Source: Alphaproteobacteria bacterium (GTDB lineage Bacteria; Pseudomonadota; Alphaproteobacteria; SMXQ01). From it: DNA of 64,000 bases. Below, piece after piece: positions 9,729 to 18,818 of the stretch. Under the pieces are notes generated by a model. It saw only the letters and a list, made by a program, of their open reading frames with translations. It searched no databases and was not told the DNA's origin. The stretch's first letter is position 1; every line of letters starts with the position of its first letter. The DNA lies in assembly GCA_038145705.1 (NCBI GenBank), contig JAYQQF010000004.1:75523-139522 (forward strand), in the 5' to 3' direction. The position numbers were made by a program, and so were the translations under genes.

Positions 9729-10421
9729 ATGCCCGATGACATCAAGACCGGAACTCGGCCCGATATCGACCAGATGAAGCGCGACTTCGTCGCCGCCTGC
9801 CGCATCCTCGTGGCCGAAGGCGTGTCGGAAGCGGCCTTCAACATCTCCGCCCGCGTCGATGCCGATACATGGATGACCATGCCGGTGACCAGCCCGACGC
9901 TGGTGACGGTGGACAATATCGAGATCCACCGGATCAGCGAGCCGGCGCAGAACTGGAAGGCGCATCCCGCCGTCTATCGCGAGCGCCCGGATGCGGGCGG
10001 TATCGTCCATGTTCACCCGCCCCATGTGGTGGCGTTCTCGACGCTTGGCGAGGAATTCGTGCCGGTGCACCACTACGGCGCGCCGTTCCACGGGTTGCTC
10101 ACCACCTACGAAAGTCCGGGCCAGACCAAGTCCGACGACCGCGCCGCCGAACTCGCGCGCCAGCTCGGCCAAAACCGCGCCATCCTGCAGCGCGGCCACG
10201 GCATCGTCATGGTCGGCAAGGACCTGAGGGAAGCGGTGCTGCTGGTGCTGTTCCTGGAGGAAGCCGTCAGGATGAACATGGTCGCGAAGCAGATGGGCAA
10301 GCCGAAGTTCCTGACGCCGGAACAGTCGGCGAAGATCACGCCCCAGATCCTGAAGCAACGCTCCCAGGACAAGGCCTGGGATCACTACGTCAACAAAACG
10401 AAGCTGCGCGGCTTCATGTAG
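9729..10421 (+). CDS. class II aldolase/adducin-family protein
   Basis: GIVHVHPPHVVAFS and HGIVMVGKDL match class II aldolase metal-binding motifs. GGAAGGA ribosome-binding site. Confidence 0.75.
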   Translation: MPDDIKTGTRPDIDQMKRDFVAACRILVAEGVSEAAFNISARVDADTWMTMPVTSPTLVTVDNIEIHRISEPAQNWKAHPAVYRERPDAGGIVHVHPPHVVAFSTLGEEFVPVHHYGAPFHGLLTTYESPGQTKSDDRAAELARQLGQNRAILQRGHGIVMVGKDLREAVLLVLFLEEAVRMNMVAKQMGKPKFLTPEQSAKITPQILKQRSQDKAWDHYVNKTKLRGFM

Positions 10422-11534
10422 TCAGGAAAATTCCCGGCGGATGGCGTCGGTGTGCCGGCCAACCTCGGGCACGGGGCCGGGCGCGAAGTCGCGTCCGCGC
10501 GCGGGCGGCGCCGGCATGTCGACGGGACCCGTGGGCGTCTCGACGCGGATGCGGGAAAGCTGCGGGTGCTGCGATAACCCGTCGACGCCGTTGACCATGC
10601 CGTAGGCCGTTCCCGCCGCATCGAGGCGTTTGGTGAGTGCCGCCCGGTCGAGCGCCTCGAACACCCCGGCGACGATGGCATCGAGCGCGCCTCGGTGTTC
10701 GACCCGCGCCGTATTGTCGCGAAAACGCGGATCGGCGGCGATGGCGGCATCGTTCAACACGCCCGCACAGAAGGACCGCCATTCGCGTTCGTTCTGGATC
10801 GAAATCAGCACCACGCCGTCCCTGTAAGGATACGCGCCGTAGGGCGCGATGGACGGGTGATTGAGCCCGGTGCGCGCCGGTGCTTTCCCGCCGTAATCGA
10901 AATGCAGGAGCGGCACGGTCATCCAGTCGGCCATGGCGGCGAACAGCGAGATGTCGATCCGCCGCCCCTCGCCCGTTCGCTCCCGCGCGATCAGCGCTTC
11001 GAGAATTGCCGCATGGGCCTGCTGGCCCGCCGCGATATCGGCGACCGATACGCCGACACGGGCCATGCCCTCGGGCGTGCCGGTGATCGACGACAGGCCC
11101 GATTCAGCCTGCACCAGGAGATCATAGGCCTTCATCCGCGCATACGGCCCGTCCTCGCCGTAGCCGGTGACCGAACAAGTGATGAGCCGCGGATATTTCG
11201 CCCGCAGATCGTCCGCGCCGAAACCGAGGCGGGCCGCCGCACCTGGCGCCAGGTTCTGGATGAAGACATCGGCGCGCGCCACCATGCGTGCGAGCAGCGC
11301 GCGGTCGGCATCGTCCTTCACGTCGAGGACGACCGATTCCTTGCCCCGGTTGAGCCAGACGAAGTAGGCGCTTTCGCCATGCACGACGCGGTCGTAATGG
11401 CGGGCGAAGTCGCCTCCCTCGCGCTCGATCTTGATGACGCGCGCGCCCGCATCGGCGAGGCGCGAGGTGCAATAGGGTGCCGCCACCGCCTGTTCGAGGG
11501 CCACCACCAGAATGCCGTCGAGCGCGCCCGCCAT
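10422..11534 (-). CDS. CoA-transferase family III (CaiB/BaiF)
   Basis: N-terminal LDGILVVALEQAVAAPYCTSRLADAGARVIKIE is the classic family III CoA-transferase N-terminus. About 370 aa. Confidence 0.85.
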   Translation of the reverse strand: MAGALDGILVVALEQAVAAPYCTSRLADAGARVIKIEREGGDFARHYDRVVHGESAYFVWLNRGKESVVLDVKDDADRALLARMVARADVFIQNLAPGAAARLGFGADDLRAKYPRLITCSVTGYGEDGPYARMKAYDLLVQAESGLSSITGTPEGMARVGVSVADIAAGQQAHAAILEALIARERTGEGRRIDISLFAAMADWMTVPLLHFDYGGKAPARTGLNHPSIAPYGAYPYRDGVVLISIQNEREWRSFCAGVLNDAAIAADPRFRDNTARVEHRGALDAIVAGVFEALDRAALTKRLDAAGTAYGMVNGVDGLSQHPQLSRIRVETPTGPVDMPAPPARGRDFAPGPVPEVGRHTDAIRREFS

Positions 11535-11543
11535 GTCGCCCCG

Positions 11544-12695
11544 TCAGTAGGAGCGCGGCAGGCCGAGCACGTGCTCGGCCACGTAGGACAGAATCATGTT
11601 GGTCGAGATCGGCGCGGTGCGGTAAAGCCGCGCCTCGCGGAACTTGCGCTCGACGTCGAATTCCTCGGCGAAGCCGTAGCCGCCGAAGGTCTGCATGCAG
11701 GTGTCCGCCGCTTCCCACGATGCTTCCGAGGCGAGAAGCTTCGCAAGGTTCGCTTCCTCGCCGCAGCGCTCGCCCGCATCGAACAGGGCGGCGGCGCGTT
11801 CCACCATCAGGGCGGCGGCGCGCATCTGCGCGTAGGCGCGCGCGATCGGGAACTGCACGCCCTGGTTCTGGCCGATGGGACGGTTGAAGACCCTGCGGGT
11901 TTTCGCGTAATCGCCGGCGCGCGCCACGAACCACCGCGCATCGCCGATGCATTCGGCCCCGATCAGAATGCGCTCGGCATTCATGCCGTCGAGGATGTAG
12001 CGGAAGCCCTTGCCCTCCTCGCCGATCAGGTTGGCGGCGGGCACGCGCAGGTTGTCGATGAACACCTCGCAGGTGGCGTGGTTGATCATCGTCGGAATGG
12101 GCCGGATCTCAACGCCGTTGCCGCGCGCTTCGCGCAGATCGACGATGAACACGGAGAGGCCCTCGGTCCGGCTCGGCGCGTCTTCCTTCGCCGTCGTGCG
12201 CGCCAGCAGCAGCAGCAGGTCGGAATGCTCCGCCCGCGACGTCCACACCTTGGAGCCGTTGACGACGTAATGATCCCCGTCCCTGACCGCGCGCGTGCGC
12301 AGCGAAAGGGTATCGGTGCCGCTTTCGGGTTCGGTCACGCCGAAGGCCTGAAGACGAAGCCGCCCGGCGGCGATCTCGGGCAGATAAGATTTCTTCTGGG
12401 CGTCCGATCCATGCCGCAGGATCGTGCCCATCGTGTACATCTGGGCATGCGCTGCGGCGCCGTTGCAGCCGGACGCCTGGATTTCCTCCATGATCGCCGC
12501 GGCCTCCCTGAGGCCGAGGCCGGACCCGCCGTAGGCTTCCGGGATCAGGCAGGCGAGCCAGCCGCCCGTCGTCAGCGCATCGACGAACTCGCGCGGATAG
12601 CTGCGCGCGCGGTCGTGCTCGCGCCAGTATTCGCCCGGAAAACCGGCACAGAGCGCGCGAATTTGCTCGCGGATTTCGGAGAAGTCTCCGCTCAT
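11544..12695 (-). CDS. acyl-CoA dehydrogenase family protein
   Basis: Carries TEPESGTD, FGGYGF and C-terminal ARLYRTAPISTNMILSYVAEHVLGL. Start at internal Met MSGDFSEI, which overlaps the upstream gene's stop as ATGA. Confidence 0.85.
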   Translation of the reverse strand: MSGDFSEIREQIRALCAGFPGEYWREHDRARSYPREFVDALTTGGWLACLIPEAYGGSGLGLREAAAIMEEIQASGCNGAAAHAQMYTMGTILRHGSDAQKKSYLPEIAAGRLRLQAFGVTEPESGTDTLSLRTRAVRDGDHYVVNGSKVWTSRAEHSDLLLLLARTTAKEDAPSRTEGLSVFIVDLREARGNGVEIRPIPTMINHATCEVFIDNLRVPAANLIGEEGKGFRYILDGMNAERILIGAECIGDARWFVARAGDYAKTRRVFNRPIGQNQGVQFPIARAYAQMRAAALMVERAAALFDAGERCGEEANLAKLLASEASWEAADTCMQTFGGYGFAEEFDVERKFREARLYRTAPISTNMILSYVAEHVLGLPRSY

Positions 12696-13612
12696 GCGAG
12701 GCTGCCTGATGGAAAGAATCCCTCGAATGCGGCGAGCACGAGGTCGGGACATTGTTCGGCCGGGTAATGACCGGACGGAATGGGCCGGTAGGTCACTTCG
12801 TCGGGATCGGCGACCCACTGGTTCCATGCCGCCGGCGGGTCCGAATGACGGCCGACGTGGGAGTTTTCCCCCCACAGAACCAGCAGCGGGCAGTCGATCT
12901 TCTTCCCCGCCTTGAAGTCGGCTTCGTCCATCGGGAAATCGACATGGAGGGTGGCGCGGTAGTCTTCGCACACCGCATGGATGTTTTCCGGCGTGCAGCA
13001 GCGCACGTATTCGGCCATCGCCTCGTCGGTGAAGGGGCCGAGACCGACGCCCTTCTTGTTCAGCTTCTTGCGGATGTAATAGTCGAGATCAAGCGACAGG
13101 AAATGCTCGGGAAAGTCGAAGGGCTGGGCCATGAAGAACCAGTGATAGGATTCTTCCGCCCAGCCCATCGGAATATCGGCGAGCAGCTGGTAGGTCGGCA
13201 TGATGTCGAGGAGCGCCAGCCGCGCGACTTTTTCCGGACAATCGAGCGCCATGCGGTGGCCAACCCGCGCGCCGCGGTCGTGACCGGCAACGTAGAAGCG
13301 GTCGAAGCCGAATTTCGCCATGACCTCGACCTGGTCGCGGGCCATGGCGCGGAAGGAATAATTGACGCTGTTTTCGCCGCCTTCGGGCTTCGACGAATCG
13401 CCGTAGCCGCGCAGGTCGGTCGCGATCACCGTGAAATTTTCGGCGAGCTTCGGCGCGACCTTGTGCCAGCTGACATGGGTCAGCGGATTGCCGTGCAACA
13501 GCAGGAGCGGCGGGCCGTCGCCCCCGCGAAGCGTGCGGATCACCGCACCGGACGTTTCAATATCGGATTGCTCGAACCCTTCGAACACAGCGGCCCCCTT
13601 GATCTCGGCCAC
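12692..13612 (-). CDS. alpha/beta hydrolase (haloacetate dehalogenase / epoxide hydrolase-like subgroup)
   Basis: PLLLLHGNP, GHDRGARV nucleophile elbow and HYPAEQCP. About 306 aa. Confidence 0.75.
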   Translation of the reverse strand: MAEIKGAAVFEGFEQSDIETSGAVIRTLRGGDGPPLLLLHGNPLTHVSWHKVAPKLAENFTVIATDLRGYGDSSKPEGGENSVNYSFRAMARDQVEVMAKFGFDRFYVAGHDRGARVGHRMALDCPEKVARLALLDIMPTYQLLADIPMGWAEESYHWFFMAQPFDFPEHFLSLDLDYYIRKKLNKKGVGLGPFTDEAMAEYVRCCTPENIHAVCEDYRATLHVDFPMDEADFKAGKKIDCPLLVLWGENSHVGRHSDPPAAWNQWVADPDEVTYRPIPSGHYPAEQCPDLVLAAFEGFFPSGSLA

Positions 13613-13636
13613 TATATCCGCTCGCGGCGCAGGGGC

Positions 13637-14476
13637 CTAGCCGCGCGCCGAACCCTTGGCGACGGGACGCGCCGGGTCGGCGGACCAGGCCGACCATGAG
13701 CCGACGTAGAGCGGCGCCTCGATCCCGGCGGCATACATGGCCGCAAGCTCGTGGGCGGCGGAATTGCCGCTGCCGCAATAGACGCCCACCGGCTGCTTGC
13801 CGTTGACGCCGAGCGCTGCGAAATGCGCGCGCAGGTCCTCGGTCGATTTGAAGCACCCGTTGGCGCCGATCGCGCCCGCCGCAGGCGCGCAGACGGCACC
13901 CGGGATATGGCCGGTGGCGGGCTTGTCGGCCTCGCCCTCATAGGCCGCCTTGCCGCGCGCATCCAGAAGCGCGCCTTCGCGCGCGATGCGGGCGGCATCG
14001 TCGGCCTCGATCGTCGGCATGCTGCCGGGCGATACCTTGAAGCTGCCGTTGCCCGTGGCATGGACGGGCTGGTCGGCGACCGCATGGCCCGCCGCCTTCC
14101 ACGCCGCAAGGCCGCCATCGAGCAGGCGCACGTTGCCGTGCCCCGCCCAGCGCAGGGTCCACCACGCGCGGCCGGCCTGGGCGCCCGACGCATTGTCGTA
14201 GACGACGACGAGGGTATCGGCATTGATGCCCCAGCGCCGCACGTTCTCCTGCAACGCCGCCGCATCGGGCAGCGGGCGGCGGCCGCCCGTCTTCGTCGCC
14301 GCACCCGACAGGTCGGAAGCGAGCGAAACCGCCATCGCGCCGGCAATCACCGGGCGTTCAAGCGGCGCCGTATCGAGATCGTCGCTGGCGTCGAGAAGGA
14401 CGACATTTTCCTTGGCGGCAATGCGTGCCGCAAGGTCGCCTACCGAGATGAGGACGCTTGCGCGGGGATCGCTCAT
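13637..14476 (-). CDS. sseA: two-domain rhodanese: thiosulfate/3-mercaptopyruvate sulfurtransferase (SseA-like)
   Basis: Two rhodanese domains with the active-site loop VYCGSGNSAAHELAA (CGSG). Confidence 0.8.
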   Translation of the reverse strand: MSDPRASVLISVGDLAARIAAKENVVLLDASDDLDTAPLERPVIAGAMAVSLASDLSGAATKTGGRRPLPDAAALQENVRRWGINADTLVVVYDNASGAQAGRAWWTLRWAGHGNVRLLDGGLAAWKAAGHAVADQPVHATGNGSFKVSPGSMPTIEADDAARIAREGALLDARGKAAYEGEADKPATGHIPGAVCAPAAGAIGANGCFKSTEDLRAHFAALGVNGKQPVGVYCGSGNSAAHELAAMYAAGIEAPLYVGSWSAWSADPARPVAKGSARG

Positions 14477-14483
14477 TCCCGCC

Positions 14484-15362
14484 TCACGCCGTCATCGTGC
14501 AGCGATAGAGGATGCGCGTGGCGCTACCCGTGTAGTCCTTGATCGCGCGGTGCTGCACAACCCGGTTGTCCCACACGGCAAGGGCGCCCTGCTGCCATTC
14601 GACGCGGCAGGTCGCCTCGGGCGACTTGATCATGTCGAACAGGATGCCGAGGATGTTCTGGCTGTGAACGCGGCTGACACCCTTGATGTAGCAGACGTAG
14701 GATTCGTTGATCGCCACCCACTTGCGCCCCGACACCGGGTGCACGCGAATCAGCGGCATTTCGAACGGCGGCATGCGCAGGCGGGCCTGGGCGGCCTCCT
14801 CGGGATCGAGGTAGCGATCGGTGATGTGCCCGGTGGCGTCGGGCGATTGGACGACCTTGAGGGTTTCGAGATACTGCGCGAACAGCGGATCGAGCATGTC
14901 ATAGACATGGGCCGCGTTCGAGAACATCGTGTCGCCGCCCAGATCGGGGATATGCTTGCCGAACAGCGCGGTGAAGGCCGGCGCGTCGGCGCGGAAACCG
15001 CCGTCGGCATGCCAGACGTGGTTGCGAAGATGGGCATCCTTGGCGGCGCTGATCACGGTCGCATCGGGATTTTCGGGCGCGCGCGGCGTGTGCGGACCGG
15101 CATAGTTGAAGAACTCGCCGAGGAAGCCCGCAAACTTCGTGAAGTTTTCGGCCGTCACCGTGCCCGGCTCGAAGACGACGAGGCCGCGCGTGTGCAGCAG
15201 CTCGCGCATGGAAGCACGGAAGTCATCGGACACCGTGTTGCCGTCGAAGCGATAACCGGAAATGTAGGAGCCAACCGCCGGCTTGATCGCCTTGACCCGG
15301 ACGCCCGCGGGGACCGGAATGGAATCGTTCGCCAGGTGAAGAGAGGGATTTGCAGACGCCAT
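14484..15362 (-). CDS. TauD/TfdA-family 2-oxoglutarate-dependent dioxygenase
   Basis: HVWHADGGF and WDNRVVQHRA are the family motifs. Start at internal Met MASANPSLH of ORF 14484..15752. Stop lies 7 nt before the sseA-like start. Confidence 0.8.
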   Translation of the reverse strand: MASANPSLHLANDSIPVPAGVRVKAIKPAVGSYISGYRFDGNTVSDDFRASMRELLHTRGLVVFEPGTVTAENFTKFAGFLGEFFNYAGPHTPRAPENPDATVISAAKDAHLRNHVWHADGGFRADAPAFTALFGKHIPDLGGDTMFSNAAHVYDMLDPLFAQYLETLKVVQSPDATGHITDRYLDPEEAAQARLRMPPFEMPLIRVHPVSGRKWVAINESYVCYIKGVSRVHSQNILGILFDMIKSPEATCRVEWQQGALAVWDNRVVQHRAIKDYTGSATRILYRCTMTA

Positions 15363-15581
15363 TTTCGAAGCCTTTCCTGCCCTTTTACATATGTGCCGAC
15401 CGGCAACATACCATTTCTTGGGCCGTTCTAGTGCAAAAGCCCGCACCCTGCAACCGGCCCCGAAATCCGACGGTTTCCGGGTTTCTGCTCGTGGTGAAGA
15501 ATTATTACTGACCGGGGCCGGGGGAAGGTTTATCACCTGAATCCCGCCTGGTTTCAGGTCCCCTTTCCCGATCGAACCCTG

Positions 15582-16382
15582 ATGGCCGAACTCTTCCCGC
15601 CGGACCTCGCTCCGTTCCATGGCCTGAGCGCCGTCCAGATCGTCGCCCTGATGGCGATCTACGGCATTCTCGCGAGCGTGCGCGGGGCGCTTGGGTTCGG
15701 TGCGGTGGCGCCAACCATCGTTTTTTCCTCGATCATCCTGGAACCCCATCACGCGGTCATGCTGGCGCTGGCGACGGGCACCTGGGCGCAGGCGCAGATC
15801 GCGCCCTTCGGCCTGAAATACGGCGACTGGAAACTAGTCAAGCCGCTGCTGCTGTCGAGCATGGTCGCCATTACCATCGGCACCATCATTTTCGAAAAGC
15901 TGGAACCGGGCTGGCTCACCATTTTCCTCGGCATCGCGATGCTGGGAATTGCGATGATGGACCGCTACAGAATGCTCGACCGGCTGGCGCAAAGGGTCGA
16001 CCTGACCCGCTTCGACGTGGCGCTCGGCCTGTCGTCGGTCAGCGGCCTGATCGCAGGCGTCGCTGGCGGCGGCGGCATGTACTTGCTGTCGGTTTACCTG
16101 AAGCTCGCCTGCCCGACGCCGACGCTGTTTCGCGGCACATCCATCCTGATCGGCGCCATCATCCTGTTCTGGCGGCTGGCGGTATCTATCGCCATCGGGC
16201 TGGTGTCCTGGCGGCTCGTGGTCGAATCGCTGTTCCTGCTGCCGCTGTCGCTCGCGGGCGCCTGGGCCGGCATTAGGTTCTTCCACCGAGCCGACGCGAA
16301 GCGATTCTACAACGCCTTCCAGATCGTGCTGATGGTGGGCGCGCTCATCCTGCTGTGGAAGGGCGTCAACCGGGTGTTTTGA
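15582..16382 (+). CDS. TauE/SafE-family sulfite exporter (DUF81) membrane protein
   Basis: Eight or so TM helices with an internal repeat and a glycine-rich GVAGGGGMYLLSVYL. Divergent from the TauD-like operon. Confidence 0.8.
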   Translation: MAELFPPDLAPFHGLSAVQIVALMAIYGILASVRGALGFGAVAPTIVFSSIILEPHHAVMLALATGTWAQAQIAPFGLKYGDWKLVKPLLLSSMVAITIGTIIFEKLEPGWLTIFLGIAMLGIAMMDRYRMLDRLAQRVDLTRFDVALGLSSVSGLIAGVAGGGGMYLLSVYLKLACPTPTLFRGTSILIGAIILFWRLAVSIAIGLVSWRLVVESLFLLPLSLAGAWAGIRFFHRADAKRFYNAFQIVLMVGALILLWKGVNRVF

Positions 16383-16734
16383 CTCCCGCCCCTTCCACCG
16401 TCACCTCGATGAGACGATTGGCCGGACGTTCCCTGCACGACAGTTCGATCGCCGCGCGCAGAACTTCCGCCGTTGCTGCATCTTTCACCCGTACCGTAAC
16501 GGGCGTGCCCAGCACTCCCGCGCGGTAGGATGCGGCCCCAAGGGTGTTGATGGCGAAGGACACAAGCTCGCGCGCGTCCACTGCCGTGCCGCTCGGAGCG
16601 GGCTCGGCTACATTCAGACGTGGGCGATGGAGGAAATGGTCACGCTGCTTGGCCTTCTCCAGAACCCTGGCGAAGGCATCCTTCATTCGGGTGCGGATTG
16701 CAACCTGGCTGTTGTTGTCGGTGTGCAGGCTCAT
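16366..16734 (-). CDS. hypothetical protein (122 aa)
   Basis: Internal Met of ORF 16366..17577, preceded on its own strand by cAGGAGGcagca-ATG, a strong ribosome-binding site. No family recognised. Its 3' end overlaps the tauE 3' end by 17 nt. Confidence 0.5.
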   Translation of the reverse strand: MSLHTDNNSQVAIRTRMKDAFARVLEKAKQRDHFLHRPRLNVAEPAPSGTAVDARELVSFAINTLGAASYRAGVLGTPVTVRVKDAATAEVLRAAIELSCRERPANRLIEVTVEGAGVKTPG

Positions 16735-16896
16735 GTCTGCTGCCTCCTGACGCGTGGGATGGCGCACCGGTGGTCGGCGGTGCCGCTCCACGTTATATTC
16801 CGGTATTGTTACAAAATGGCGGCCCGATGCCAACCATTCAGGGGTATTGCATCTACGCCTTTTGGACGGCCCCGCTAATACCCAAGGAACCGCGAC

Positions 16897-17409
16897 ATGA
16901 CCGTGATGCCCCGCCAGAAGGCCCCAGCGCTCGACCTTCCGCTCGCGGGCGGCGGCCGCTTCGAGCTCCACTCCCACAAGGCGGAAAAATTCACGCTGCT
17001 GATGTTCTACCGCGGGCATTTCTGCCAACGCTGTCGCGGACAGCTGCGCGAGCTTGACCAGAAGATGGACAAGCTCGATGCCCTCGGCACGGGGATCGTC
17101 GCCATCAGCATGGATGACCGCGAAGCGGCGGAGCGGACGAAGAAGGAGTGGGAACTGAAACGCGTCGAGGTCGCCTACGGCATGGACACGGCGACGGCCA
17201 GGGACTGGGACCTGTTCCTGTCGACGCCGATCCGCCCCGACGAGGCGCCGCTGTTCAGCGAGCCTGCCTGTTTTCTCATTCGCGCCGACGGCACCGTGCA
17301 GTTCGTCGTCATCAATTCCATGCAGCGCATGCGCCCCTACCCCGACGACATCATCGACACCATCGCCCGCATGACCGAAACCGGCGAACCCGCGCGCGGC
17401 GAGGTCTGA
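16897..17409 (+). CDS. peroxiredoxin / redoxin-family (AhpC/TSA-like) thiol peroxidase
   Basis: FTLLMFYRGHFCQRC matches the thioredoxin-fold peroxidatic Cys context. AAGGAA ribosome-binding site. Confidence 0.7.
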   Translation: MTVMPRQKAPALDLPLAGGGRFELHSHKAEKFTLLMFYRGHFCQRCRGQLRELDQKMDKLDALGTGIVAISMDDREAAERTKKEWELKRVEVAYGMDTATARDWDLFLSTPIRPDEAPLFSEPACFLIRADGTVQFVVINSMQRMRPYPDDIIDTIARMTETGEPARGEV

Positions 17410-17521
17410 AAAAAGAAGCCGGGTCCGTGGGGACGGACCCGGCAGGGTTATGTGGGGGAACGGAAACCGGCGGAGACCTATAGACGCTCCCGTTCCCCCG
17501 GCGGTCTGATCTCTCAGGCCG

Positions 17522-18664
17522 TCAACTCGCCTTCGCAAGCTTGTCGCGGTTGGTCTGGAAGCCCGCGTGGGAGCCAAGCAGCGAAATCGGACCCTTCATG
17601 TCTTCCTGCCAGAGCAGGCAGTCGGTGTTGATGCAGAAGGGCATGTCCTGGATGGTCAGCTCGTAGACGGGCCCCTTGTCCGCGGTGTGGGCATGGATGG
17701 CCCAGCCCGGTGCCGAGAACATGAAGTCGCCGGCCTTCCACGGATATTCCTTGCCCTGCACCACCGAGTGGCCCTCGCCGCCGAAGTAGTAGTTCATCGC
17801 GGCGGACGCATGCCGGTGCGGACGGTCGGAAATGCCGGCCGGACGGTGGGTGATGGTGGCGAAGAAGTTCGCAGTCGTGCCGTTGGAACGGCCGGTCACC
17901 GGATCATAGAGCAGGTAGAGGCGACGGCCTTCGTAGTCCTGGCCCAGGCCCTCGGCGTACTTGTCGAGTTCCGCCTGCACCCGCTTCCACGGCCAGTGAT
18001 GCGGGATGATCTTGGCGGGGGGCGGGTTGACCAAGCCTTCGTAGGGCATCAGGAAGGCGCCGTCGTCGGTGATCTGGAAGGAGCCGAACTTGGAATGGTG
18101 CCATTCGCCTTCTTCCTCGGCGGTCACGGTCAGATCATCCTTGGACGAACCGTGCGCGGGCGGCTCCTCGTCCACGTAATGGATGTTGAGGCGCTCGAGC
18201 AGCGCGCCGTTGGAATAGCGCAAGCGCACCTGAATCTCGTTGGTGTCGTTGACGTATTCGTGCACCCACATCGCCGGCGTGGTGACGAGGTCGTACTGGC
18301 CGTACTTGGTCGCCTTGCCGTTCTGGATGACGGTGCCAGCGCCCTGGATGCAGAAGTTGACCACCGAGGAGTTCTGGCGAACCGCCTTGGTGCGCTCGCC
18401 CGGCAGAAGAACGTCGAGGCTGACGTCGACGCCCGGCGCCCAACTGTGCGCCTTCTCGTTCACCGAACGGGGATGCACGAAGCGCGAGCGCCGGACGCCG
18501 TTGTTGGGCTTCGCGATAGAGGCAAGACGCTCGATTTCGGCGTCGATCGCCTCCTTCGGCATGACCATCGGTTCCCACAGATCGAGGGAATGATCGCCGT
18601 GCGTGTGCTTGCCGCTGAACTGGGCGCCTGAGTAATCGATGAATTTCGGTTCGAGGTTCGCCAT
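17522..18664 (-). CDS. bicupin ring-cleaving dioxygenase (gentisate 1,2-dioxygenase-like)
   Basis: About 380 aa with two cupin halves. HxH motifs (HEYVNDTNE, RPHRHASAAMNYY) are typical of the gentisate/1-hydroxy-2-naphthoate dioxygenase family. Confidence 0.7.
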   Translation of the reverse strand: MANLEPKFIDYSGAQFSGKHTHGDHSLDLWEPMVMPKEAIDAEIERLASIAKPNNGVRRSRFVHPRSVNEKAHSWAPGVDVSLDVLLPGERTKAVRQNSSVVNFCIQGAGTVIQNGKATKYGQYDLVTTPAMWVHEYVNDTNEIQVRLRYSNGALLERLNIHYVDEEPPAHGSSKDDLTVTAEEEGEWHHSKFGSFQITDDGAFLMPYEGLVNPPPAKIIPHHWPWKRVQAELDKYAEGLGQDYEGRRLYLLYDPVTGRSNGTTANFFATITHRPAGISDRPHRHASAAMNYYFGGEGHSVVQGKEYPWKAGDFMFSAPGWAIHAHTADKGPVYELTIQDMPFCINTDCLLWQEDMKGPISLLGSHAGFQTNRDKLAKAS

Positions 18665-18818
18665 CTTGGCCTCCGCTCCAAAGATTGGGTTTCGGGGTTG
18701 CCCCCACTGCTAACAACATTTAATTCGTTAGCTTTCTAAGCTTATATCTTCGATTTCTAAGAATCGCAAGCGGAATTTACCGGCCTTGCCGAAAATCCGA
18801 AAAAATCCGGACTACCTG

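Noticed and set aside
10695-12767. 690-aa plus-strand ORF opposite the CoA-transferase/ACAD genes
   Set aside because: Antisense to two strongly supported family-recognisable genes. Arg/Gly-rich junk translation.
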